64,000 nt of DNA, taken from assembly GCA_038117265.1 (NCBI GenBank), contig JAYOFO010000006.1, forward strand, positions 1,696 to 65,695. The letters are read 5' to 3'. Positions 19,435 to 28,801 of this stretch are shown here, in pieces. The notes under the pieces were generated by a model, which worked only from the letters and a program-made list of their open reading frames with translations, was not told the DNA's origin and did not search any database. The stretch's first letter is position 1. The number at the start of each line of letters is the position of its first letter. The position numbers were made by a program, and so were the translations under genes. This stretch comes from Rhodospirillaceae bacterium. GTDB lineage: Bacteria; Pseudomonadota; Alphaproteobacteria; UBA6615.

Positions 19435-20307
19435 ATGGGAGAACGGTTGGGAATGATCGGCGTTGGCAAGATGGGGCTGGCGCTCAGCCAGCAGATGATC
19501 GCCGATGGCCACCAGGTCTGGGGCTTCGACGTCGATCCCGAACGCCTGGGGATGCTCTCGGCTGCGGGCGGCACACCGTGCGCGAACGCACGCGAGGTCG
19601 CCGAGGCCGCCGACATCACCTTCTCGATCCTGCTGAAGCCCGAGCATATCGAGGACAATCTGTTCGGCGCGAACGGGATCGACAAGGCGGGCAAGCGGGG
19701 GCTCGTCCATGTCGAGATGAGCACTATGCCGCCGGCCTTCCAGCGCGACCTGGCGGGCCGGCTCGCGGGCGCCGGTATCGACATGCTCGATGCGCCGATC
19801 TCGGGCTCGACGCCGCAGGTCGACAACCGGACGATCACTTTCATGGTCGGCGGCAGTGATGTGGCCTATGGGCGCGTCCGGCCGATCCTCGAGGCCCTGT
19901 CGGCCGATGCGACCCACACTGGACCGTCGGGGACGGGAGCGTCGATGAAGGTGGTGACGAACCTGTTCGTCAACGCATGCACGGCGCTGCTCGCCGAGGT
20001 AATCCTGACGGGCGAGCGCGCGGGCCTGTCGCACGAGGTGATGGCCCAGTGCCTGCCCAAGGGATCGGTGCGCGGCGCCATGCTCGACATGTCGATCGGG
20101 CCGCTGACCGAACGCGACTTCGCGCCGCGCGGTGCGGTCGAGATCTTCGTCAAGGATATGGGGATCGCGATCGACCTGGCGAAGGAGGGGGGAATCGACC
20201 TGCAGGTCGTGCCCGCCGCGCGCGCCATGTTCCAGAGAGCCGAGGCGGCGGGCTGGGGCAAGGACGACGCGACCCGGGTGATCGAGGTCTATGAGGGCAA
20301 GGCATAA
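19435..20307 (+). CDS. NAD(P)-dependent 3-hydroxyisobutyrate / 2-hydroxy-3-oxopropionate dehydrogenase-like oxidoreductase
   Basis: MIGVGKMGLALS Rossmann motif. 6-phosphogluconate-dehydrogenase NAD-binding and C-terminal helical domains. SD GGAGAGG 8 nt upstream of ATG 19435. The ORF-track start 19432 is GTG. Confidence 0.8.
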   Translation: MGERLGMIGVGKMGLALSQQMIADGHQVWGFDVDPERLGMLSAAGGTPCANAREVAEAADITFSILLKPEHIEDNLFGANGIDKAGKRGLVHVEMSTMPPAFQRDLAGRLAGAGIDMLDAPISGSTPQVDNRTITFMVGGSDVAYGRVRPILEALSADATHTGPSGTGASMKVVTNLFVNACTALLAEVILTGERAGLSHEVMAQCLPKGSVRGAMLDMSIGPLTERDFAPRGAVEIFVKDMGIAIDLAKEGGIDLQVVPAARAMFQRAEAAGWGKDDATRVIEVYEGKA

Positions 20308-20319
20308 GGACGCTCGGCG

Positions 20320-21081
20320 CTAGCTGTGCCAACCGCCATCGGCCATCAGGACCGCGCCGGTGGTGAAGCTGGAGCGATCCGAGGCGAGGAACAGAACGGC
20401 CTCGGCGATCTCCTCGGCGCTGCCGTGGCGGCCGAGCGGGATCATGTTGTTCAGCATCTCGGTCGCATTCACGCCCATCTGCGCACTCACCCGATCCTCG
20501 ATGGTCTGCTGGAAGTCGTTGGAGAGCGGCCCGGGCGCGATCACGTTGGCGCGGATGTTCCTGGGCGCGAGTTCGCGCGCGATACAGCGCGTCATACCGA
20601 TGAGCGCATGCTTCGAGGTAATGTAGCCGACGGTGCCCGGTCGCGTGCGCACCCCCATGATGCTTGACGTGACGACGATGCTGCCGCCTGCGTTCATGTG
20701 CGGGATGGCGTGCTTCAGGGTCAGGAACGTCCCGACCACGTTGACGCCCATGATTTCGGCGAAGACATCCTCGGGGAACTCCGCCGTCATGGCGTTGGTG
20801 CCGCTGATACCGGCATTGGCGAACACCACGTCGATGCCGCCCCAGGCTTCGACCGCCGTACCGACGAAATTCTGCACCTGCGCGGAATCGGAAATGTTCG
20901 CCACCGCAGTGAGGGTGCCGTCGGCGTCGAGTTCGCCGGCCGCCCGGTCGAGATCGCCCTGATTGCGGTCGACCAGCATGACCTTCGCGCCTTCCGCGGC
21001 CATGGCCTTGGCGCTCGCCAGGCCGACGCTTCCCGCGCCACCCGTGACGATGGCGCGCTTGCCGTCGAGGATTCCCATCAT
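20320..21081 (-). CDS. Short-chain dehydrogenase/reductase (SDR)
   Basis: 253 aa. TGGAGSVGLA motif, NAG, catalytic YITSK. Trimmed from the ORF-track 20320..21177. AAGGA-type SD upstream of ATG 21081. Confidence 0.85.
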   Translation of the reverse strand: MMGILDGKRAIVTGGAGSVGLASAKAMAAEGAKVMLVDRNQGDLDRAAGELDADGTLTAVANISDSAQVQNFVGTAVEAWGGIDVVFANAGISGTNAMTAEFPEDVFAEIMGVNVVGTFLTLKHAIPHMNAGGSIVVTSSIMGVRTRPGTVGYITSKHALIGMTRCIARELAPRNIRANVIAPGPLSNDFQQTIEDRVSAQMGVNATEMLNNMIPLGRHGSAEEIAEAVLFLASDRSSFTTGAVLMADGGWHS

Positions 21082-21104
21082 TCGGTCCTTTCGGTGTTGA
21101 GCCG

Positions 21105-21812
21105 TTACCCGTCGAGTTCCGGATAATGCCGGAAGATGCCGTGTTCGTTGAACGGGATGCGGCGGTCGGATTCGCAATAGGACCTTATGTTCGGCCGATC
21201 CGCGACGGCGGCGTGCAGCGCGACGATGTTCGGGTAGCCCGGCTCCAGCCCTGCCATCGCCGTGGGGAAGGCGTAGCGCAGCCCTTCGACGGTCTGGAAC
21301 AGCGACAGGTCAGGATGCGACAGGGCATCGCCGGCGAGCCGGCCGCCGTTCGCGGCGAGCAGGCGTTCGAAATAGTCGAAGAACTTCGGGATGCGCACCT
21401 CGCGGAAGTTGACGCTGCGGCGCAGCGCCTCGTCGCGTTGTTCCTCGTAATAGAACTCCTTGGCGAGGGGATGGTGCACATCGTGCGCCTCGACCAGGAA
21501 ATCCGCCAGCACCATCGACAGCTGCAGCGCCTTGCGCCGTTCGGTGCTGTCTGTGGGCGCGAGGCCGTGCTTCGCACCGAGATAGTCCATGATCAGCGGG
21601 GTCTGCGAGACCGTGGTCTCGCCGTCCTTCAGGATGGGCGGCGCGAAGTGTTCGGACGTGGCCAGCACGGCGCGCAGGGCCTCGACGCCGCCGCCCTCGG
21701 CCTCGGATCGGCGCACCACGTCGACATAGTCGACGCCCGCTTCCTCGAGCACGAGCCGAACGAACTCGCCACGCCCCTGGATCGTCGGCCAGTAATAGAG
21801 CTCGTAGGCCAT
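21105..21812 (-). CDS. Glutathione S-transferase family protein
   Basis: 235 aa. N-terminal thioredoxin-like GST domain (MAYELYYWPTIQGRGEFVRL), C-terminal helical domain. Confidence 0.75.
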   Translation of the reverse strand: MAYELYYWPTIQGRGEFVRLVLEEAGVDYVDVVRRSEAEGGGVEALRAVLATSEHFAPPILKDGETTVSQTPLIMDYLGAKHGLAPTDSTERRKALQLSMVLADFLVEAHDVHHPLAKEFYYEEQRDEALRRSVNFREVRIPKFFDYFERLLAANGGRLAGDALSHPDLSLFQTVEGLRYAFPTAMAGLEPGYPNIVALHAAVADRPNIRSYCESDRRIPFNEHGIFRHYPELDG

Positions 21813-21837
21813 TGCGGGTCGTTCCCTTCCGTTTCGC

Positions 21838-22224
21838 TCAGGCGATCACAGCGGTGGCGTCGATCTCGACCAGGTAGTCGGGATCGGCGAAGCCGGACAC
21901 GATGATCCCCGTGCTCGCCGGTGCGTGCGGTCCGAAATACTCCGCGATCACCGCATAGACCGGTGCGCGATGGGCCCGGTCGGTGATGTAGACCGTCAGC
22001 TTTACCGTGTGCGACAGGTCGCCGCCGGCCTCCTCGAGGAGCGTCTTGATGTTCTCGCAGGCCTGACGCGTCTGTGTTGCGGGTTCGCCCGGTACGGGCG
22101 GCGATCCGTCCAACCCGGCCCCCGTCTGGCCCGACATGTAGAGCGTGTCGCCCGCCAACACCGCACGGGAATAGCTGCCCGTCGCATTGGTCGGTGTGAC
22201 CTTGCGGATGCGCCTGTGGGCCAT
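21838..22224 (-). CDS. ridA: RidA/YjgF-family reactive-intermediate (enamine/imine) deaminase
   Basis: 128 aa. YjgF signature (YSRAVLAGDTLYMSGQ...KLTVYITD...PASTGIIVSGF). Confidence 0.85.
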   Translation of the reverse strand: MAHRRIRKVTPTNATGSYSRAVLAGDTLYMSGQTGAGLDGSPPVPGEPATQTRQACENIKTLLEEAGGDLSHTVKLTVYITDRAHRAPVYAVIAEYFGPHAPASTGIIVSGFADPDYLVEIDATAVIA

Positions 22225-22239
22225 GCCGGTGCGTCCCGC

Positions 22240-24006
22240 TCAGGCCGCCGCGTTCGCCTCGACCGCATCGAAATCGGTCGAGGGTTCGCCCGGCGGCGGC
22301 GGCGCGACGGCGTCGCGGCCCGGCACCGGGCGCAGCTCGGCGGCGCACTTGTCGGTGTCCTTCCAGACGACGTAGTTGCCGAGGAAGTTCGCGTCGTCGC
22401 GCTCCGGATGGTCCATCCGGAAGTGACCGCCACGTGTTTCCCTGCGGAGCAGGGCGGCCGTTCCCAGCATCCGTGCCACGTCGATCAGGTTCTGGGTTTC
22501 GTAGGTCTGGCGCAAATTCTCGTAGCGTTCGCGTACCGTCTTGCCCGCGCAGTTCACCGTCTCGAAGGTCGGGGAGAGCTCGTCGAGTTTCGCGAGGCCG
22601 GCGGTCAGCGTTTCCTCTGTTCGCACCTGGCCGAGTTGCGAGACGATCAGGTCCTGCACCTGGCGCCGCCAGGCCTCTGCCGACGGCCCCTCGCTCTTGC
22701 GGCTGGCGCGTTCACGGAGGTTTTCGATCGCGGCCTGCCAGTTCCCGCTCTCGGGATCTGGCGCCGGACGGTCCTTCGATTCCTGTGCCGCGGCGATGCC
22801 GGAACGCAGGCCGAAGACATAGCTGTCGATCAGCGCCAGCCCGCCCAGGCGGTTGGCGCCGTGAATGCCGCCGGCCGCCTCGCCGCCGGCATACAGCCCG
22901 TCGATGGTCGAGCGGCCCCACTCGTCGATGCGCACGCCGCCCAGATAGGTGTGCGGCGCGCTGTTCACCTCGAGGAAGTCCTTCTTCAGGTCGATGCCGT
23001 TCTTGGCCATGGTGCCGACGATTGCCTTGCCCGGCCCTTCGTTCACCTTGTCGTAGACGTGCCGGATGTCGATCGAGACGTTGCCGCGCTCGGTGCCCCG
23101 GCCTTCGGCGATCTCGATCGCCATAGCCCGGTTGATCAGCGCCCGCGATCCCTTCTCGACGTTCTCGGGGTTGTATTTCTTCATGAAGCGCTCGCCCTTG
23201 CCGTTCAGCAGGTAGGCGCCCGCACCGATCAGGCCGGTGGAATAGGGCGGGTAACCGGCGAGCTTCTCGGGCGCGGCCGTGACGATCTGGTAGTCGATGA
23301 ACTCCATGTCGATCAGTTCGGCACCGGTCCGGTAGGCCATGGCATAGCCGTCGCCGGTGACGACCGGCGGGGAGTCGTTGAGCGCGTGGATCTGCGGTGC
23401 GCCGCCGGTCGCGAGGACGGTCGATTTCGCGTGGACGACCACGGGGGTGCCCTCGCGGTAGAGGAAGCCCCAGGCGCCCACCACGGTGTCCCCCTCCTTC
23501 AGGAGATCGACCAGCATGATGTGGGTGATCGGTTCGATCCCCCAGCTCGCGGTCTTGCCCGAGAGCGCGGCCATCAGCGGCTTGCCCATCAGGCGCACGC
23601 AATGGACCATGCGGTTGAAGCGGTGCGGGTGCCCGCCGGGCACCTGATCGAACCGGCCGTCCTCAAGCTTAACCAGACCGAGGCCCCATTCGTCGAGCTC
23701 GGCGGAGCGGGCGATCGATTCCTGTGCCACCACGTCGACCAGCCGCTTGTTGCCCAGGTCTTCACCGCCAAGGACGATATCCTCGAAGAAGAGCTCGGGA
23801 TTGTCGGCGGGGTCCGAATGGCCGAGCGCCAGCGAGTGACCGCCGCGCGCCATCGACGAACTGCCCGACGCGTAAGTGCCCTTGGTCGCGATCACCGGCG
23901 TGATCCCGTTGCGCAGCGCGCCGACCACGGCGAGCATGCCCGCCACGCCGGAACCGATGACCAGCATGTCGGTCTGGATATGACGGATTTCGGTGGTCTC
24001 GCTCAT
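22240..24006 (-). CDS. FAD-dependent oxidoreductase, succinate dehydrogenase / fumarate reductase / L-aspartate oxidase flavoprotein family
   Basis: FAD dinucleotide fold (DMLVIGSGVAGMLA). Capping-domain active-site region (ETRGGHFRMDHPERDD, cf. SdhA/NadB). ATG 24006 with SD GGGGAGA 10 nt upstream; alternative start at 24030. First gene of a four-gene minus-strand operon. Confidence 0.8.
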   Translation of the reverse strand: MSETTEIRHIQTDMLVIGSGVAGMLAVVGALRNGITPVIATKGTYASGSSSMARGGHSLALGHSDPADNPELFFEDIVLGGEDLGNKRLVDVVAQESIARSAELDEWGLGLVKLEDGRFDQVPGGHPHRFNRMVHCVRLMGKPLMAALSGKTASWGIEPITHIMLVDLLKEGDTVVGAWGFLYREGTPVVVHAKSTVLATGGAPQIHALNDSPPVVTGDGYAMAYRTGAELIDMEFIDYQIVTAAPEKLAGYPPYSTGLIGAGAYLLNGKGERFMKKYNPENVEKGSRALINRAMAIEIAEGRGTERGNVSIDIRHVYDKVNEGPGKAIVGTMAKNGIDLKKDFLEVNSAPHTYLGGVRIDEWGRSTIDGLYAGGEAAGGIHGANRLGGLALIDSYVFGLRSGIAAAQESKDRPAPDPESGNWQAAIENLRERASRKSEGPSAEAWRRQVQDLIVSQLGQVRTEETLTAGLAKLDELSPTFETVNCAGKTVRERYENLRQTYETQNLIDVARMLGTAALLRRETRGGHFRMDHPERDDANFLGNYVVWKDTDKCAAELRPVPGRDAVAPPPPGEPSTDFDAVEANAAA

Positions 24007-24196
24007 GGCGTTGCCTATCTCCCCTCGCATCGATGGCGCATGGCCGTTTTCGGCCTTGACGCGATGATAGCGCCCGCGATGCGGTTATGACACCCGGTCG
24101 GGCGAGGAGTCGCGGGCAACCATCTATGCGCGAACAAGCAAGGTGGCAGGGCCATTTCTCTAGATGCGTTCACAGGCACTATGCCATCGTGTCGCC

Positions 24197-24643
24197 ATGT
24201 CGAACTTGCGCGCCGGGGGCGTTCGCAGACCGGCGCCCGCGGCCCGTTCCGGGTTGTGGGCTTCGGGAAAACGCCTGATTTCGATCATCCTCGCGGCGAC
24301 GCTTGCGATGCCGGCCTTGGCATTCGCCGAGGATGGGAAGCACCCGGGTGTGAGTCCGGGCACCCGCTCGCAGGCCTACTATGCCGGGTTGGGTGTCGCA
24401 ATCGAGAAGTGCGCCTTCTGTCACGATGTCGGCCCGTTCGGCCCCGTGTCGCGTGGCATCGGGGCGCCGCCCTTCGAAAGCCTGTCCGAGGTGCTGCGGG
24501 TGACGGAAACGGTGAACGGCCGGTCCGTTCGCGACATCCTCGCCGACTACCTCTCGTCCGAGAACCGGCATACGCGGATGCCCAGGATCAATATCAACCC
24601 TGACGAGGTGGACTGGCTCGCCGCCTATATGCGGCGCTTCTAG
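24197..24643 (+). CDS. Mono-haem c-type cytochrome (class I), secreted
   Basis: Single CxxCH (EKCAFCHD). Hydrophobic signal segment LISIILAATLAMPALAFA preceding AEDG. Start ambiguous: ATG 24197, or TTG about 24254, or ORF-track 24164. 4-nt convergent overlap with potC stop. Confidence 0.5.
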   Translation: MSNLRAGGVRRPAPAARSGLWASGKRLISIILAATLAMPALAFAEDGKHPGVSPGTRSQAYYAGLGVAIEKCAFCHDVGPFGPVSRGIGAPPFESLSEVLRVTETVNGRSVRDILADYLSSENRHTRMPRININPDEVDWLAAYMRRF

Positions 24644-25500
24644 GCGGATACCTGGTTTCCGGCCTGTGCGGGTTCGATGCGGCCTCGGGGCCGTTGGCGG
24701 CGCAGAATCAGGATATTCGCGACAACCACGACAAGGGTGACGGTAACAATGAAGACCGTTGCCAGCGCGTTGATCTGCGGGCTGACGCCGAGCCGGACGG
24801 CGGAGAAGACGGCGATCGGCAGGGTCGTCGCGCCCGGCCCCGTCGTAAAGCTTGCGACGACGAGATCGTCGAACGACAGGGTGAAGGCGAGCAGCCACCC
24901 GCCGGCGACCGCCGGCCAGATTAGGGGCAACGTCACCGACAGGAAAATGCGCACGGGGCGGGCACCCAGATCGGCCGCAGCTTCCTCGAGCGAGCGATCG
25001 AGCTGCGACAGTCGAGCCTGCACGACGACCGCAACATAGGCGATCGCGAAGGTCGCATGGGCGATGACGACGGTGACCATGCCGCGGCCGGCCGGCCAGC
25101 CGGCGATCCCTTCCATCGCGACGAACAGCAGCAGCAGCGACAGGCCCAGGATGACCTCAGGGAGGACGAGCGGTGCCGTCAGCAGGCCGAGGAAGGCCGC
25201 GCGTCCGCGGAATCTGCTGAAACGGACGACCGCGATTGCGGCCAGCGTGCCGGCGACGGTGGCGATTGTCGCCGCGACCGCGGCAATCTGGAGGCTCAGG
25301 CCCGCGGCGGAAAGAAGTGCGTCGTTCTCGATGAGGGCGACGTACCAGCGGGTCGAGAACCCGCCCCAGACGGTGACGAGCCGGGAGCCGTTGAACGAAT
25401 TGACGACCAGCACCGCGACGGGTGCGTAGAGGAAGAGGTAGCCCATAGCGAGGGCGATGCGTGGCACGGTGCCGGCTCCCGCGTTCACGCTGCCGCTCAT
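24640..25500 (-). CDS. ABC transporter permease, PotC/PotI-like (polyamine-type)
   Basis: 286 aa, MSGSVNAGAGTVPRIALAMGYLFLYAPVAVLV... with the EAA-type loop. ATGA overlap with potB stop at 25497-25500. ORF-track ORF 24640..26634 is this frame read through upstream. Confidence 0.8.
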   Translation of the reverse strand: MSGSVNAGAGTVPRIALAMGYLFLYAPVAVLVVNSFNGSRLVTVWGGFSTRWYVALIENDALLSAAGLSLQIAAVAATIATVAGTLAAIAVVRFSRFRGRAAFLGLLTAPLVLPEVILGLSLLLLFVAMEGIAGWPAGRGMVTVVIAHATFAIAYVAVVVQARLSQLDRSLEEAAADLGARPVRIFLSVTLPLIWPAVAGGWLLAFTLSFDDLVVASFTTGPGATTLPIAVFSAVRLGVSPQINALATVFIVTVTLVVVVANILILRRQRPRGRIEPAQAGNQVSA

Positions 25501-26423
25501 CGGGCGGCGCCGAACTGCCGGCGCGCACCACGCTGGAACAGGAGCATCGGTACAACGAGCAGCACCAGCAATGCGATCGCGACCGCGGCAGCAACCGGCC
25601 AGTCGCGGTTGGCGAAGAAGTCGCTCCACAGCACCCGGCCGATCATCAGGGAATCGGGACCGCCGAGAAGTTCGGGGATCACGAACTCGCCGACCGCCGG
25701 AATGAAGACCAGCATCGAGCCCGCCACGATGCCCGGCAGCGACAGCGGCAGCGTGACCGAGAGGAATATTCGCCACGGCCGGGCGCCGAGGTCGGCGGCC
25801 GCCTCGAGCAGGGTGCGGTCCTGGCGTTCGAGAACGGCGTAGACCGGCAGGATCATGAAAGGCAGGTAGGAATAGGTGATGCCCAGGAACACGGCGGGGG
25901 GCGTGTACATGATGGCGACCGGCCCGTCGGTCACGCCGGCCCACATCAGCACGCTGTTGAGTGCCCCGTTGTCGCGGATCAGCCCGATCAGCGCATAGAC
26001 GCGGATCAGGAACGACGTCCAGAACGGGATGATGATGAGCATCAGGAGAAACGGCCGGATCGATTGCCGTGCGCGCGCGATCGCGAGCGCCATGGGATAG
26101 CCGAGCAGCAGGCAAAGGAGCGTGGCGCCGGCGGCCACCTTGATCGAGTTCCACAGCGCACCGCCATACAGCGGGTCCTCCGCGAGCAGGGCGAAGTTCT
26201 CGAACGTGATGTGAATGTCGGGCAGGAACCCATCGGCCGGGCGGAGGATCGGCGCGAACGGGGGGATCGCGGTGATCGCTTCCGACAGGCTGATCTTGAG
26301 CACGATCAGCAGCGGCGCCAGAAGGAAGACGGTCAGCCAGGCATAGGGAAGCGCCACGACGAGAAGGCGTCCCGCTCCCAGGCACTCCTTTCCAAGACGC
26401 TGCAGTGTCGGTTGACCCGTCAT
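25497..26423 (-). CDS. ABC transporter permease, PotB/PotH-like
   Basis: 308 aa starting MTGQPTLQRL. Six hydrophobic segments. EAAADLGARPWRIFLSVTLPLSLPGI permease signature. ATGA overlap with potA stop. Confidence 0.8.
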   Translation of the reverse strand: MTGQPTLQRLGKECLGAGRLLVVALPYAWLTVFLLAPLLIVLKISLSEAITAIPPFAPILRPADGFLPDIHITFENFALLAEDPLYGGALWNSIKVAAGATLLCLLLGYPMALAIARARQSIRPFLLMLIIIPFWTSFLIRVYALIGLIRDNGALNSVLMWAGVTDGPVAIMYTPPAVFLGITYSYLPFMILPVYAVLERQDRTLLEAAADLGARPWRIFLSVTLPLSLPGIVAGSMLVFIPAVGEFVIPELLGGPDSLMIGRVLWSDFFANRDWPVAAAVAIALLVLLVVPMLLFQRGARRQFGAAR

Positions 26424-27496
26424 CGGTCGAGCAGCACGCCGTTGCCGGGATGCCAGTGGAAGGCGACGGAATCGTCCCAGGTGATCGGGTCGTCCGCGGT
26501 ATGCAGCACGTTGGCGCGCGACAGCTGGACGCGCTGACCGCCGGGCAGTTCGACATGATAGATCGACAGGTCGCCCAGATATGCGATGTCGCGGACGATC
26601 CCGCGCCCGGCATTGAACGTCGGGGCCTCGCCATCGGACAGGGTGCGCAGCTTTTCGGGCCGAACCATCACCGCGACGGGCGTCCCTACCTCGAACGCGC
26701 GTGTGTCGTGCACGTGGACGGGTATCGGCAGCGCCGGGCAGGCGACGGCGATGGCACCGCCCGCGCGTCCTTCGATCACACCCTCGAAGATGTTGGCGGT
26801 GCCCAGGAAGTTCGCGACCATGCGCGACTGTGGATATTCGTAGGCGCGGGCCGGCGAATCGACCTGGACGATCCGACCCTCGTCCATGATGCACACGCGG
26901 CTCGCCATCGTCATCGCCTCCTCCTGGTCGTGGGTCACGATCACGAAGGTCATGCCGAGCCGTTCCTGGATGTTGACCAGTTCGAACTGGGTGCGTTCGC
27001 GCAGCTTGCGATCGAGCGCGGCGAGTGGCTCGTCGAGCAGCACGAGCTTGGGGCGTCGTGCCAGCGCGCGGGCGAGCGCGACGCGCTGGCGCTGACCGCC
27101 GGAGAGCTGGTCGGGACGACGGTCCGCGAGGGTACCGATCTCGACGAGGTCGAGCATCTCGCGCACGCGACCGGATATTTCAGCCCGGGCAAGGCCCTGG
27201 CGCCGCAGGCCGTAGGCGACGTTCTGTTCGACGCTCATGTGCGGGAACAGCGCGTAGGACTGGAACATCATGTTGACCGGCCGGTCGTGGGCGGGCACGC
27301 CGGCCATGTCGCGGCCCGCGATCTCGATGTGCCCGGTATCGGGCGCCTCGAAGCCGGCGAGCAGGCGCAGAAGCGTGGTCTTCCCGCAGCCCGACGCGCC
27401 GAGCAGCGCGAGGAACTCGCCCGGGTAGACGTCGAGGTCGATGCCGTCGAGCGCGCGGGTCGGCCCGAACGACTTGGCGACGCCCGCAATACGCAC
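26420..27496 (-). CDS. ABC transporter ATP-binding protein, PotA/PotG-like
   Basis: Walker A GASGCGKTT, ABC signature LSGGQRQRVALARAL, Walker B LLDEP. C-terminal TOBE-like domain. GTG start at 27496 (no in-frame ATG upstream before a stop). Confidence 0.8.
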   Translation of the reverse strand: MRIAGVAKSFGPTRALDGIDLDVYPGEFLALLGASGCGKTTLLRLLAGFEAPDTGHIEIAGRDMAGVPAHDRPVNMMFQSYALFPHMSVEQNVAYGLRRQGLARAEISGRVREMLDLVEIGTLADRRPDQLSGGQRQRVALARALARRPKLVLLDEPLAALDRKLRERTQFELVNIQERLGMTFVIVTHDQEEAMTMASRVCIMDEGRIVQVDSPARAYEYPQSRMVANFLGTANIFEGVIEGRAGGAIAVACPALPIPVHVHDTRAFEVGTPVAVMVRPEKLRTLSDGEAPTFNAGRGIVRDIAYLGDLSIYHVELPGGQRVQLSRANVLHTADDPITWDDSVAFHWHPGNGVLLDR

Positions 27497-27589
27497 GATG
27501 GGCGTCGTGTCGCCGGGCCGGGTCCCGTCGCCGTTGTTACGCGGTGCGATGGCCGCTTCTCCCGCCTCGAACCGGCGCGGTCGTCGCGC

Positions 27590-28693
27590 CTAGAGCCCGC
27601 TCTTGAAGCGGGTCCATGCGCGCGTCCGGGCTCTCTCGTAGCCGCGATCGGCCGGCGGGACGGAGAACGTCTTCGCCAGCACCTCGTCCGGCGGGAAGAT
27701 GGCCGGATCGGTGCGGATTGCCTCGTCGACGTTCGCCATCGCGGCGGGGACGGCGTTCGCATAGCCGGTCTCGCTCGAGATCGGGGCGACGACGTCGGGT
27801 CGCATCATGAAGTCGATGAAGCGATGGGCGTTCTCGGGATGCGGTGCGTCCTTGGGGATCGCCATCACGTCGACGTTCGTGACCGCGCCCTCGCGCGGAA
27901 TGAACACCTGCACTGTCACGCCGTTGTTCGCCTCGCGCGCCCGTTCGCGCGCCTGGATCAGGTCGCCGACATAGCCATGGGCCACGCAGATGTCGCCGTT
28001 CGCCAGGTCGTTGATGTAGCTCGACGAGTGGATGTACTTCAGGTTCGGCCGGATTTTGCCCAGCACCGCCATCGCGGCGTCGAGCCCGGCTTCGTCCTGG
28101 CGTACGGGATCGTCGCCCGCGAATGCCAGCGCCGCAGGCACGGCCTCGATCGGGTCGTCGATCAGGGTCAGCCCGCAGGCTGCGAGCCGGGAGGCGATCG
28201 CCGGGTCGAGCAGCAGCGACCAGCTGGGGTCGGGGTCCTGTCCGAGGATCGCGCGAACCTTGTCCACGTTGTAGCCGATGCCGGTCGCCGCCCACATGTA
28301 GGGCACGGCGGTCACGTTGCCCGAGTCGAAGGCCGCGATGGTGCGCATGATGTTCGCATCGAGGCCCGACAGGTTGGTGAGCTTCGCCTTGTCCAGCGGA
28401 CGGTAGATCCCCGAGCGCAGCTGCTGCGCGAAGAAGGGCGAGAGGGAAGGGAACACCACGTCGTAGCCCGAACTGCCGGCGAGCAGCTTGGCTTCGAGCA
28501 TCTGGTTCGAGTCATAGACGTCATAGTTCACCTTGATGCCGGTTTCGCGCTCGAATCGCTCGAGCGTGTCGGCGGCGACGTAGTCCGACCAGTTGAACAC
28601 GTTGAGAGTTTTTTCCTCGGCGGCACCGAGGGGGGAAGCCGTCAGCAAGACGGCCAGGCACGCTGTGGAGAGAAACGCGCGACGGCGGAGCAT
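27590..28693 (-). CDS. Polyamine/opine-type ABC transporter periplasmic substrate-binding protein (PotD/PotF family)
   Basis: Signal peptide MLRRRAFLSTACLAVLLTASPLGAAEE. SBP-family-1 fold similar to PotF. ATG 28693 chosen for AGGGA spacing; alternatives 28699 and 28771. Confidence 0.75.
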   Translation of the reverse strand: MLRRRAFLSTACLAVLLTASPLGAAEEKTLNVFNWSDYVAADTLERFERETGIKVNYDVYDSNQMLEAKLLAGSSGYDVVFPSLSPFFAQQLRSGIYRPLDKAKLTNLSGLDANIMRTIAAFDSGNVTAVPYMWAATGIGYNVDKVRAILGQDPDPSWSLLLDPAIASRLAACGLTLIDDPIEAVPAALAFAGDDPVRQDEAGLDAAMAVLGKIRPNLKYIHSSSYINDLANGDICVAHGYVGDLIQARERAREANNGVTVQVFIPREGAVTNVDVMAIPKDAPHPENAHRFIDFMMRPDVVAPISSETGYANAVPAAMANVDEAIRTDPAIFPPDEVLAKTFSVPPADRGYERARTRAWTRFKSGL

Positions 28694-28801
28694 GTCCATT
28701 GATCCCTGGAAGATACGCGCAACCCCTGTTGCGCGCGCCAGAGAATTGGGTCGCCGGGCTGGCGCTGTCAATGGTTTCGATGCGGGGGCCTCGCGGCGGT
28801 C

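Noticed and set aside
21925-24090. 721-aa plus-strand ORF
   Set aside because: Antisense to the flavoprotein gene. No domain-like sequence.
24640-26634. 664-aa minus-strand ORF
   Set aside because: C-terminal 286 aa are PotC. The upstream part is an alternate-frame read-through across potB, which is clearly encoded in another frame (25497..26423).
26405-28702. 765-aa plus-strand ORF
   Set aside because: Antisense to potA and the PotF-like SBP gene.
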